From Hydrolagus affinis (taxonomy: Eukaryota): a DNA stretch of 64,000 nucleotides. Positions 50,132-62,636 of this stretch are shown here, one piece after another; the stretch's first letter is position 1, and each line of letters begins with the position of its first letter. The stretch lies in assembly GCA_012026655.1 (NCBI GenBank), contig JAAILG010000196.1, positions 1-64,000 on the forward strand, written 5' to 3'. Made by a program: the position numbers and the translations under genes. Below the pieces are notes generated by a model. It did no database searches and was not told the origin of the DNA. It saw nothing but the letters and a program-made list of their open reading frames with translations.

Positions 50132-50407
50132 TGGTGGCGTTCAATGGCTAGAGTACTCGCCTTGCAGCGAGATTCGATTCCAGCCTGGACTAAGTTTCCT
50201 TACTCTACAGAGCTGATAATAATCCCTCGAAAAAAACAATTGGTCATTTCAATCCACGACTGTTTGTGGGACACTGCTGTGCGCAATTCGCTGCCCCATT
50301 TCACCCACAAATACACAGTCAATTCACTTTACAGTATATTCTGTGAAGCACTTTAAGACGTCCAGAAAACGTGAAAAGTGCTATATCAATTGCAAAGATT
50401 ATTATTA
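50132..50407 (+). mobile_element. SINE, near full length
   Basis: gttcaatggctagagtactcgccttgcag..gattcgattcc..core..tail. Confidence 0.85.
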
Positions 50408-52795
50408 AGTTTGAGCCGTATAATCCTAGGTTATTTTAACTCTATTAATTTACAACCAAATATTCTGATAGTTTGCTCCTTGATGGTTAAAAACAGCCCA
50501 CCTACACAATGAACTGACTGTCCTTTCCCTCATGCTCAGTTTTGCATAGTTTAGTGTCTCATGCATTGCACAGTGTATGAGTCACATGTAAAACTTTCAA
50601 TTCAGCTGAGACTGAAGTGCTCAATTGTAGCAACCTGCCCTGGAAAGCCTCCCAAAGGTTAATAAAAGACAGAACTCTGGATACACCAACAACAGTAACC
50701 TGAGAAAGAAGAAACCTAATAAATTCAAAAGAATACTCCATCATTCTGCAGTGAAATCTAGTAATGTGGTTTTATAATTGTACACCTCGCCTTTAATATA
50801 TTTTTTGAACATATCTTTCAACTGACTGGCAGTTTACCCTTTACAATCTGACCTAAACAGCTGTTGGTATCATTTCCTTCTCCACAGATACTAGTCCAGA
50901 CATCTGGGCCATGGTCATATTTCTGCTGTGAAACCACTTCTCAGACCATATAGATTAAAGAAAGTTCAACAGCTGCATCAGCCATGTCGCAGCTCACAAT
51001 GGCCTCTCAGTTTGCCTTGATGTTTGCCTTGGAAGACCATTTGCAGGAAATGTTTGTGAGCATGTCTAGTGAAACGTCAAATCAGTCAAATAGCATTGGA
51101 AACCAATTGCTGCTTTAGAAAAAAACAAAAATAACACTGCACTTCACATAATACTAAAAATTGATACCTTAGAACTAAGCCTGGCAAATCTAAAAACATC
51201 CGCTTTGCTGCCTAAACTCAACAACAACACCCAAATTACATTTATAGAGTGCCTTTCATGTCGGGAGGACGTCCCAAGGTGCTAAACTCAGATCAATAAG
51301 GTAACATGCTGGCCAACAGAAGATAATTAATTTTTCAAATACTTCAAAAAGTGAAGTAGTGCCATCCCTTAAATGAAATTCACTTCTTGGCTTTTTGTCG
51401 GTTATTGCTATGTGCAAATTGGCTGCTGTGTTTGTCTAGAAAATACACAGTACTGTATTACATTCTACAGCAAATTCTGTGAAGCACTTTGAGACAGCTC
51501 GAAGATATAGTAAGGTTTTACATCAAATGCAAGGATTGTTATTTTAAATTTTAAATGAAATAAAACTGAATAAAACCAATATTTTACAACAAACTAGTAA
51601 TCTGCAATGAGATAAAATCATAAGTGTAAAATCCTGGCCTGTTCTGGAAAATAGGTGTGTAAGATTATTGACATATAATCATCTAGCAGTCGTGTTACTT
51701 AATAGAAATATCCACTATATGGTAATCAAAATAATCATACATTTACTAAAAAATACTTTACTCATTTGCAGATTAAATTGTAAACAAGTATTCAAACTTG
51801 GCCAATGACTGCTTTGTCATCTGAGTTGAATCCAGTTTAGCACTAAAAACACATCTTATTTATTTTTTCCCTTCCTTTTTACAGCTCTCTTATGAACCTA
51901 TTTGGAATCCCATCACATGCCTGTGATTCGCTGCACCTCGAGTTGTCTTGCATGGTAGTTGGTTTGAAACTAAACTAGCCTCACTGCATATAGAGGTAGG
52001 TAAATTGTAGCATCATCCAGCTACACTATAAAATTAGTGTCAGTGGAGAGAAAATGATATGGATCTAACTTGACATCAACAACTTACACTTAGATGCTCT
52101 TTCAGAGTGCTAGATTTCTTTGTATGGACAATGAAAAAATGTGCAATTCTCAGGCCATACATTTTAACATATGTACAAAAAGGGGATTTGCAGTCTTTAA
52201 ATACCAACATTTTTGATAGATATTATGGTCGCCTCCTTGGGCTCTTAAAAATGTTTTTCATCTCAAGCCCAACCCTTTGTCTTTCAAGCCTATCTGCCAG
52301 CATTTTCTGGCAAGCTACTTTGCCTTAATTTATCACATGGATCGACCCTTATGAGTAATCTATTACTTTATGAACAATTTACTGTCTTTGTAACCTAAGT
52401 GCTCAGATTCTTCAAAATATTAACTAATGGCGCCTGTGTGTGACAGGTTACTCCAGATTTTAACGTGGCTTCCTGTTTGGAATAAAAAGTGGCACTAAAT
52501 CATCAAACGAGAGAGCACTGCAACACAATAGGGTTATTGAGATTTTAGTGACAGATTTGTAATCTGATCAGATGCCATTGTACAATGGTTAAAAGCACAA
52601 ATGTCCAGAACTAGGGATTAATGCAGAACCATTGTGGTGAGAGAATTTTAAAATGATAGAATTTTTCTGAAGTTCAGAAAGAAACATTAAACCTGAGTCA
52701 AGCCTTTTTTTGTAAAAACATGTCAAATGAATTGAGTGAATATGACCATTTACAATCTGCTAAAATAGGGGCTAAGATAAACGTACTATTAAAAT

Positions 52796-52992
52796 TAAAA
52801 TGCAAATACTGCGGATGCTGGAAATCTGAAACTAAAACAGAAATTGCTGGGAACACTCAGCAGATCAGGCAGCATCTACGGAGAAAGGCAAAGTGAGTCA
52901 ACGCTTTGGATCCACATCCTTTTGTCAGAACTCAGTTGACTCACTTTTCTCTCCCATGTGATAAATTAAGAAATCGCTCCTGTTTTTGTTTT
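52796..52992. mobile_element. Penelope-like inverted-repeat element with decayed hammerhead motif
   Basis: aatactgcggatgctggaaatctgaa..actcagcagatcaggcagcatc..aagtgagtcaac / gttgactcactttt inverted arms. Confidence 0.7.
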
Positions 52993-53974
52993 ATACAATT
53001 AAAATACAGTATATATTTTTTCATAATCATCAGGTATAGCTCCTGTTTCTACAATCAAAGAAACACAACATTTGAAGTTTAATACATTGCTAACAGAAAC
53101 CCTTTGAACTTTTGGTGATGAATGAGAGTGACACTGTCATGCAATGTAATATTTCACTGAACTGTAATTTATTAATCTGAATTATGATGGTGCTCCAGTC
53201 ATATCATAAAAATTGAAGCAAAGGGATTAAACCCACAAATGGGTAAGCAAAAATTTAAATCCACATTTTCAATATCCTTTAAATGTAGCTGAACACATGT
53301 TTTATGAAGTAACTACTTCAGGAAGAGTAATACTTCATAGTTGATGTCCTTTTATTGTCAAACCAACACATACTCTGCAATTTAACTGCCAACTTTAGGA
53401 ACATGTTTGGTTTCAAATAGGCTATCAATTAAAACAATGCCAAGAGATCTTCAATATGCACCGGAATAGACAAGCAGAACCTCAGTTTAGTGCCTCTAAC
53501 AATGCAGCACACTTCAAATTCTGAATTGCAGTGTCAGCCCACACTATGATCCTATCAAGTCACAATTTGAGGCTTGAACCCTGAACCTTTTAATCGTTTG
53601 ACTCAAAAATCAAAAATCTTACCAACTGAGTCAAGCCTAACATTATAAAGTAACCAGCATATATTAACAATTGTCACCCGTTTGTGCACTTAGTTTAAAA
53701 CTTTTTTAGACAAAATCTTGATGTGATGCCAGCATAAAAATGTTGTTGGCATGGATCGTTTTACTTCAACAACACATCTATATGATAACTCAACAATTAA
53801 AAGGCACATTTTTGGTAAATTGAATTCCTATTCTTGAGAGATTGAATTTCTGCCTAATTTGGAGGTGCGTTCACCAGCTATTGGCAAGGCTGGTAGATGA
53901 AGTGTGTCACCACCCACCAAAGAACAAATTAAAAGGAGAGGGAATGAGTCATCTCAGGAGAAAGACAATTCATT

Positions 53975-54263
53975 TGAAAATCGGAAACATAAAGAGAAGT
54001 CGCTGGGAACACTCAGCAGGTCAGGCAGCATTTGGGAGAAAGGAAATTGAGTCAATGTTTCGGGTCCGTGATCCTTCGTCAGAACTGGGACATGTTGGGA
54101 GGGAGAGGCTTTTAATGACTAACGGAGCGGGGAAGCAGGGCCAGGAAGACAAGGGAGAAAATGTGGTAGACTCACTTTCCTTTCTCCATAGATGCTGCCT
54201 GACCTGCTGAGTGATTTCTGTTTTTGTTTCAGACTTCCAGCATCTGCTGTATTTTGCGTTTTG
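53975..54263. mobile_element. Penelope-like inverted-repeat element with hammerhead motif on - strand
   Basis: Arms 54011-54053 and 54169-54212 are near-perfect reverse complements; CTGACGA..GAAA core at 54082-54058. Confidence 0.75.
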
Positions 54264-55217
54264 TTCATTGGGAGATCTGTCCTGCTTTGCCACACAGACC
54301 CCATTAACAAACTCAGACCGCGCTGAGGAAGACTGCAGAAATCAGTGACCCAGACCACCCCATTCTACCAGTTGAATGAACATAAAAGGCAACAAAACAA
54401 GATAGAGCATTTTCTAGTTACTGATTTAACTAACTGGGATGTGATAGTAATTGCAATGTACAAAGGGTTCTGTGTGACTAAGTAATGAAACATGACCCAC
54501 TAATTCTGAACCCATTACCTCACCACCAAAATAGTACAATGATTCCATTTAATCAGTGAATAAAGTGTAAGTTTACACTGAACCATCATTAACACTGTCT
54601 ACCCATGAGGAAACTAAGCAAAAACTAAGAAAACAAGAATCAATCAAAAAAACAAGCCAACCAAAAACTCGGTCTAAAAACATATTGATGAGGCAGGGAA
54701 AGGGGATAAAATACACATCCAAGGTTAACTTGAGTTCGGAGACATTTTTATTTGTTTTTATATTAAATAGTCCTGAATATACAGTCCTAAAACAGAAACT
54801 TAAAAAAAAAGGAGCCATTCAGAAAACTATTTTGAATCAGTTCCACAGACTGAAGGCGAGCCAAGACAAACCACAATGCAAGCAAAAACATACTTGTCTC
54901 TGCAAAATCATTTCCAGGTCTTACTGTGGCTACCGTGATGCTTCACTTTCACTAGTGTGTTTCAAGCTTCCAGATAATGGCAAAGGATACTGTGCAAAAC
55001 AACTGATATTTTAACTACCTTAAATAAAACAAGTGATACTGAAAACAACGAGTTAAAACTGCTTTCAGCAACCACTCAGAGGATTGGGTCAGAGTGGTCT
55101 TTATGTAAGCATGTCCTCTGAGTAAGAGTCTATTGTTAAGTGCAGAATTTCTAAGTGTACATGCAAACCAATGAATCAAACTACAGCTAGTTTTAATAAA
55201 GCAATAAATTACAAAAA

Positions 55218-55321
55218 TATGGCGAAAGAGCGGGAAGTGGGACTAATCGGATAGCCTTTTACAAAGAATCGGCACAGGCACGGTGGGCCGAATGGCCTCC
55301 TTTTGTGCTGAGATTCTATGA
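55218..55321 (+). mobile_element. CR1-type 3' end
   Basis: ggcacaggcacggtgggccgaatggcctccttttgtgctgagattctatg. Confidence 0.7.
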
Positions 55322-55589
55322 AATCGTTAGCTTTCACTATGTTCTGTTTGTGTTTCTCAGAAACCTTGACCATTTACTCCAATACGTTTACATGGTGGAT
55401 GCCGTTCTGTTTTTCTGCGGACTTGCAAAAGTGCTGACCACTGATAATGCAAATTATAGTTCGAATTTTATGGATACCGACTAACTACCATGTTATAACT
55501 GGGCTCACCATACTTTAGTTAGTTTAAAAACGTTTAATTAGTGAATTTGAGCTGCGAGATTACCTGATAGAATCTATCAGCACACTCAC

Positions 55590-55738
55590 CTATGGATTCC
55601 TGTTCCAGTGACACAAGATTCTTCTTTTTTCAGTCTGGCTAGGATAGCTCCTCCTTCAAGCTGTAATCTAACTAAACGAACATCTTCAAGAACATTCCTC
55701 ATTAGGCCTCTATACTTCTCCAACAGAATATCAGCTTC
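55590..55738 (-). CDS. PLEKHG4: PLEKHG4 exon (spectrin-like)
   Basis: tgttag|EADILLEKYRGLMRNVLEDVRLVRLQLEGGAILARLKKEESCVTGTGIH-R|gtgagt; phase 0 to 2. Confidence 0.9.
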
Positions 55739-58671
55739 CTAACAAAAATATAATGCATTTTGTTCAGTTAATAAGTGTACAATAAATTAATGTACAGATT
55801 ACAGCTGAATATTAATATATCAGCTTTGACATTTACATAAATGAAGAGTCACCCCAAATTTCCCAAAGCAAATTCTACAATTTAATCAGTTACAAGTAGC
55901 ATAGTCATTTAAGATTAGATGTGAATTTAATTCAAGTGATGTGAATTTAAGCATTAAAGTTCTGAAAATAAAGTAAGATTATATGTTTCAAACCGAGTTC
56001 ATATGTTTTAATAAGGTATACATCTTAAAACCGTTTAATAGCTGTTACTACAGGAAGCGATTGACTGATCAGTCGTAGCATCACATGTATTCATTGAATT
56101 GGAAGATGCCATAATTACAATAATTAGAAACACAGGGTTTTTGTCATGTAATATTATGCATCTCTGACACTACACCCTTTATCTTTGAGCTAAAATGTTC
56201 CCATCTTTTGACTGATGCTTGTAAGGTCATTTGATCAAGGCAGCAGGGGATATGCAACCAAATTTCAAAAGATGCCTAAAGGCAAATGTTGCAGAAACAA
56301 TTTGTCAGTCCTCTGCTTTTATCTCAGCTATAATTACATTTGAATGAAATTGTAGAATTCATTTACTGCTGATTCTTTCCCTTCTACCCTTACGTCAATA
56401 ACTCGTTATCAAACTAATTTCCTTTGCTCTGCAATCAAAGGGCATTTATCCACTCTGATAGCATGTGCAAATTATCGGTTTCCCAAGAACTTTGGTTCAT
56501 TTGACAAGACATCTGTGGAACCCGTTTATAATAGTTACCACAAATAACCTAAAGGTCTGACTTCTGAACAGTAGTTACCATCGGCAGGAAATCCAGTGAC
56601 ACTGAAAAGTTCAGATAAGTAATGACTAATGTGCGCTCAGAAAGAGCTTGTCCTCTCAGTACGACAGGACAGGTTTTCAATGTCAAACTGCGATGACATC
56701 TTTCTCTGACATGACAATGAAAATAGCAACAGATGATAAAGTCACAAAGGAGATCGTCTTTATGATGGTTTTACGAACATATCAAATTCAATCATGCTTC
56801 CTATTACAACTAAACAACATTAATAATAGTAATTCTTGCATTTGATACAATGTCTTATCGCAATGCTGCAATGTCTCAAAGTGCTTCACGGGATACCATG
56901 TAAAGTGATTTTTGACTGTTTTGTAGGCAAAATGTGCCAGGCAATTTTGGCATAGCAACGTCTCAAAAACAGCAGTGATGTGAATTTAGGCGATTTGCAA
57001 GCCAGGACACCAGGGGAAACTCTCTTCTCTTTTCAAATAGTGCTAAGGGATCTCCCCCTCACGTGAAAGGCCCTCTATCAATGTAATTCTGTTGTTTAGA
57101 ATCCATCTGAACAGGCAGATGGGATCTAGGTTTAATGTCTCATCCAAAGGAGGGTATCTTTGACCATCCCCAGCACTCCATACTTGCTAGTACAGTGCTT
57201 TTTGAATTTGGCAGTTCCAGAACAGTGATGGCAAGTTTTTTTTATGTATATCATCAGTTGTAGATGGAGAGAACAGTTTGAGAAAAGCATTTGTTGAATC
57301 ACAAAATGACTCAAATAGAGAACTCTGGTCTGAAAAATGAAGAATAAATGAACAAAGTCGCAGATATCTAAAATAACTGGCCTAGAAATGAATAATTCCA
57401 GCTGCAGTTATACTGAATCCTTGTATAAGATCTTCCAATTCACCCCTATTAAAATATATTCATGATTCAAAGGATAATTTAAGGATAGTCTGGCTAGAAA
57501 TCAGGGCTGTTATCCTTTTGATCCACTCCATCAGATTCATTTCTGTTTTTTTATGTTCAAGAGTCTCAATTTTACTTCTTTTCCACTCCTTTTACTACCG
57601 TTACATTTTTGATTGTCTTTCTCACATTGAAAAAACTACAGAGAGAAACACTGAAAGAAACTCACTGTAAGGGTCAGACAATAGACTGACCTATTTTATC
57701 CTGATCAAAGAGGTGTCCTCAAAAGTGACTTTGAGATTTTGGTCACCATCAGTTTCAACAGAGACAAAAGGCATTTTTGCATAAAGTGACCTTAAAATTT
57801 AAGTGTTCTGATTGCAGCAGTGTTCAGGAGGCTTTCTACAGTACTTGAGTACACAGTAAACCTCACATAAGTTATATCAGTTGGGACTATACATTTAATA
57901 TGACTTATGCAAAGCATGAGTTATGGCACTTGCATAGAATACAAACTCTTGAACGAGACTTGGGTAGATGTATGATTTAGACAATTATACGATTTATACA
58001 GATTAGAATTATATGAGTTTTACTGTAGTTATTTAGAATTTGACACTAACTTTACCTTTCTCGCCCATCTTATGTCCTTTAATGTGTTCATATTATTGCT
58101 TGTTTTATTTTAAGTATTATTAATTGCACCATGTTTTTTTGCCATCTATCTGTTGTGCCACTCAATTCCTTTGGTTTTGGCAATTAACTGTTTCGATTAT
58201 CACTTTTTAATTATTCTCTGTTCCTGAGAACTCTCAGTATTACTCACTATTCCTCTAGCTTCATTTCAGAGACAGGGGTGTTTAATCATGCTACTCAGTG
58301 AGAAAACAATCAATCTATAATGGCTTGACGGCTGTAAGCTTAACCCTCTTCAATGTCGGGGAGAATCTGCAGACACTATTCTGGGTGGCCTGTTCTGCCA
58401 GGCAAATGGGCCAAGTTATTTTTCACTCCCTGAAATTTGGTCAACTCAGGTTCCGTTCTATTTGCTCGAGCGGTATGATTCTAACCAAGTGCTGCATGAA
58501 GTAGTGCAGACCCCAAGTTTAAAGTTCTCACATGACAATTTGGCTGTGCTAAAAACAACAGCAACTGCCACTGCTTTGAATGAATGATGCCATGTTTTGT
58601 ATCCAAAACGGTATGAGTTGTTTTATGTTTTTGAAAATGAAAGGCTGTACCAAATGCAGGATTATTGCCAA

Positions 58672-58845
58672 GATAACAACAACACCCAATTAGACTTGTA
58701 TAACGCCCTTCACGTTGGAAAGAGTCCCAAGGCAATGGACAGTCTGGGGTTTCTGGACCAGAAATGTGAGTTTGGGTCAGGAGGAGTGGAGGGCAAGGGA
58801 TATGGGTAGTAGAATGTTCAAAGGCATGGTCGAAGAGGAAGGTAT
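58672..58845 (-). mobile_element. L2-type tail fragment
   Basis: aacaacaacacccaattagacttgtataacgcccttcacgttggaaagagtcccaaggc; similar tails at about 3527, 22659, 33820, 41417 and 51220. Confidence 0.65.
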
Positions 58846-58848
58846 TTT

Positions 58849-59036
58849 ATAGAATCATAGAATTTTATGGCACAAAAAGGAGGCCATTCGGCCCATCTAG
58901 TCTGTGCCGGCTCTTTGAAAAGGGCAACTCAATCCCACTGTCCAGCTTTCTCCCCATAACCTAACAGACCTGTTCTCCTTAAATAAAGATCTAATTCTCT
59001 TTTAAAAGCTGTTATCGAATCGGCCTCCACCACCTT
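58849..59036 (-). mobile_element. CR1-type 3' end
   Basis: atagaatcatagaa..ggaggccattcggcccatctagtctgtgccggctc; the reverse complement matches the 55218 copy. Confidence 0.75.
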
Positions 59037-59448
59037 TATAACAGATAACATTACATCTGAACATTTTCCCACAAATTAAATATAAAATGCTAATAATAAA
59101 AGTAAAGGATCTGTAAAACTGTTCGTCTCTATCGGTTGACTCCTTCACAAATGATGCTTCAGAACAGTATTAGAGGATTTAGGCATAAAAGCAGTGAAAT
59201 GAACAAACAGTCCATGGACCTGCAACTCAGAAGGGAGTGAGCGAGAATGTTGTCTGTGGAAGGAAGAAACACATTATTTGAAGAAATATAAGTCATCGAT
59301 TACAGATAAAAACACTTATATATTGAAAGCTATTTTATGATGACAATTTATCATTGCAAATGTTAAACAAGTTTAAAAATCACTTTGAATCCTGAATGTA
59401 GGTAGTGTCTAGTTCAATATGCTTCCTGGTTCTATTTGAGAAGATTAC

Positions 59449-59547
59449 CTCAGCTGTAGTAGGCAGTTGACTGGATTCCAAGTTCTCTATGGTGCTCTGG
59501 AGGAAATCTTTTGCTGCTATACAACCCTGCATAAGCTGTTCCAGTTT
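59449..59547 (-). CDS. PLEKHG4: PLEKHG4 exon
   Basis: ttacag|KLEQLMQGCIAAKDFLQSTIENLESSQLPTTAE|gtaatc; 99 nt, phase 0 to 0. Confidence 0.88.
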
Positions 59548-60404
59548 CTGTAAAAGCAATTAAATACAAAAGATACTCATTATTTCAACTTGAATATTGA
59601 TTGGGAAACAAAAACACAATAATTTCATGTGCAATTCAAAATACATTCCTAGACATAATGCAAAAATTACAGCAAAATTATAAGATGATCAGATAAATGT
59701 CCAATATTTGTTTTCTTGCTTCTATCTGCTATTGTCCCATTCTAGAATTGGTATAATTGCTCAGTGGAAGATTGGCTTGTAAATAGAATACATTCTTTAC
59801 AAATAATGATTTTTAAAAATTGAGCAGAGGTAGTAATAGGGAAAAGAAAAGCATTTTCATATTAAAACTTTCATTCCAAACTGTCTCACAAAAAGCCTTG
59901 AACTGTCTACAATAACAAATAACCTCTAAATGGCTTTGTATATAGGGGTTTTCATTCGGAATCCTGCCCAGCCAAAGAGAAGCAGATCAGAAGCAAATAC
60001 ATTCCAATGATGCAAGGCACAGAAATCCTTCTGAAAATTGTTGGCTGCCAGTATTGAACAATTCCTCAATGTTCCAATCTCAGACATTAGAACACTAACA
60101 AATTGTTCACATTTCCACACAATACTGTTTGAACAGATGCATATCCTAAACCCCGTTACTGAAAATTATGACTGACAATTTGATTACAACTATTGGCTAC
60201 TATAAATTGAGAGACTGGTGACAAAAAACTTTGTAACCGCACTAAGCAGTGTCGTAAATACTTTAAGAACAAATGCCAAGCAAATGGCTTAATTCTTGCT
60301 TCATTACATGTCATTAGCATGTTATGACCTCTTAATTTTTTGGAAAGATCCAACTGTCAAGGGTCGAAGATGCAAAAATAGGAAATAATTGAATTGTCAC
60401 TCAC

Positions 60405-60521
60405 CATACGAAAGCAAACCCAGTCTTGGTGACAGTAGGGGAAGGTTCCATCAAATTCCAATGGAAGCTGATTGGTTTCTATGTGTTTATGTAGAGATTT
60501 CAGTGATGTAAGAATTTCAAA
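60405..60521 (-). CDS. PLEKHG4: PLEKHG4 exon (end of Sec14-like region)
   Basis: gcacag|FEILTSLKSLHKHIETNQLPLEFDGTFPYCHQDWVCFRM|gtgagt. Confidence 0.92.
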
Positions 60522-61574
60522 CTGTGCAAAGACAATAAAAATCATATAAAAGTACCAAAACAATCAGGGTATTTCAGAAGCGTAACAGTGCAAAAGACTG
60601 ACAATCAAGTGTTTTCAAAATGGTTGAGGGGATGTTTCTGATTTAATATCCACGACAGCAGAATAAAATGTTCCAACACAAACACAGTTCAAACCCAATC
60701 GTAATTGCCATCTCGGAAGCTAACAAAAGATAACAAGCAAGCCAAACAAAACAGAATCTAGAGGTTACTTGAGGGAGAAGCCATTTTACACTCTGATTTT
60801 ATAGTTTCATTAACAGCCTAAAACCAATTTAATGGAAATAAGCACAAATGCACAATTTTTAAAAAATTATCTGATCCTGAGCTCACTCTCCCCTAACTGT
60901 GCAGATGCTGAAAGCATTACTATTAGATTTAATGAAGTTTAGGTTCATAAAACATTCATTTTATAAATGGTAACAATATACTACCAATCATTTTATTTAC
61001 CCTAAGTTATGTTCACCTAAATGCCCAGTGAAGCCGTCTAAACCATATTTATCAAATGGCATGTGGCCTGTTTCCTTGACTGCTGACCCGCTTCTGTGCC
61101 TTGTTAAACTCTTGTTATATTCACTGCAACCAAATGTGGTAATAAAAAGAGGTCAGTGTGAGACCTAAAACATTTGGTCTGATGCTATGGGACATTCACA
61201 CGAGTGATACGCACAATGTTCTTCAGGCAATCAAACCATGAACAAGAAGTGCAGACTTTGGGAAATAACTATAGTACCCTTTTGTTTTAATGGGACTAGC
61301 ACAATTTTAAAACCACAAAGATGTATGTGGTTTAAAATATTTACTTGCTCCAAATATAATTATGTTGCAGATTGAAAATGGAATAAATAAACCTGGAGTT
61401 CTTTCAAAGGAATATTTATTTGATTAAAATAAACAAAATTGTGCTTAATATAATAAAGGTAGTATTACCATATTATGTATTAGTATTATGCATCCAGAGT
61501 AACGTTTTTATAATTGATCTTCAAAGATGCCACTAAAAGTTTTGCACTAAATTTAAAAACAATCCTTTGCTTTT

Positions 61575-61680
61575 TCAGTTCTGACGATGGGTCGTGGAAC
61601 CGAAACGTTGACTCACTTTTCCTTTCTCCATAAAGCTGCCTGACCTGCTGAGTGTTCCCAGCGATTTCTATTTTTGTTTC
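61575..61680 (+). mobile_element. Penelope-like element arm carrying the hammerhead motif
   Basis: gactcacttttcctttctccataaagctgcctgacctgctgagtgttcccagcgatttctatttttgtttc, same family as the 52.8 and 54.0 kb copies. Confidence 0.75.
61577..61614 (+). ncRNA. Minimal type I hammerhead ribozyme motif (Penelope-associated type)
   Basis: AGTT-CTGACGA-T-GGGTC-GTG-GAACC-GAAA-C-GTT-GACT: intact CUGANGA and GAAA core, helix II 4 of 5 bp, helix I AGUU/GACU, palindromic AACGUU in place of helix III. Confidence 0.6.
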
Positions 61681-62636
61681 TATGCTTTTACTGTTGGACT
61701 TTTAATTTTGATTTATATTAATGGAAATGAAGATGGTTCACAGTTGGCAGTATAGTAATATGGAGCAGAAAGCCAGTTTATACTGCCATGCTATTCTGCT
61801 TTCAAAATTATCCCAAAATAGAACAATCAGCTGCACTGACGTAATCTAAACATGATACAAGATATTTTCAAGAAATTAATATATGGAAGAATGTGGGCCC
61901 CAGCTCAGCCCTGAGGAGACTCTGTTTACTTCCACTCTTCTCCCCTGGGAGGATAGTCACTAATTGATTATTAGAAATCTGATGAGCACTGATTCGAACT
62001 CTCACGAGGTGGACTGCTTGTGAACATCTTGGTGAGTAGCATTATTCAGTATAACATGTAAACAAACTCCTTGCAATTCTTTTTATTACTATTATCCTCA
62101 TGCCCAGTTAGGACACACATCTATCTCCATTGAACAGTGATTCCACAGTTGGAAGTATGAAGCTTCAGCTGCAGCTGTTAACCTCTTTGAGTACTCCTCA
62201 AGGTAGATACCGAGCTTTGGATATACAAGTGTGAGTTCATGAACTCTGAAGTCAGCTGTTCCAGCAGCTGTCATTCCAAACTTCAGAGTTTCCTATTCAA
62301 TAGCCATCTGCCTTCAGCATTACGGGAAGACCTTCACAGAACAGCTTGTAATGTGCCAGTCACTCTGGCGTTCTTGAGTCCAAATCCAATGCCATGTACT
62401 AGGTTTACTCAACACCAACTGCTTAATCCAGGCCTCATGTGAAGGTTCTTGGCAAAGAGACATGACCACTTGGAAGCCAGAGTGCTGAGCAACAGGACAG
62501 TGCAAGCTGAATCGCTTCTTCCCTGCAGCTGCTTCTTATTTTAAAAAAAACACAACTTGGTCCTGGACTTTGCAAATGTGCTGAAGTAAACTCTTCCATT
62601 GCCTGGCAGCTTGGAACTATGAAGAACTGTTTCGAC

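Larger units (their letters stand above)
16506..60521 (-). other. PLEKHG4: PLEKHG4 (puratrophin-1)/PLEKHG4B-family RhoGEF, 3' part of gene; 5' exons outside window
   Basis: Exons encode the end of a Sec14-like region, spectrin-like helices, a DH domain (EMVTTEREYVKSL..IFGNLEKL..YLLKPIQRMSKYALLL) and a PH domain. All phases are consistent. Tail-to-tail adjacency with KCTD19 favours PLEKHG4 over PLEKHG4B. Confidence 0.88.

Noticed and set aside
61305-61337. Small hairpins (ttttaaaaccaca/tgtggtttaaaa; similar at 21960-21995)
   Set aside because: Short, AT-rich and imperfect; expected by chance.
62100-62630. Possible DNA-transposase relic on - strand
   Set aside because: Coding-like composition, but I could not identify a diagnostic motif or terminal repeats; needs a TBLASTX or HMM search.
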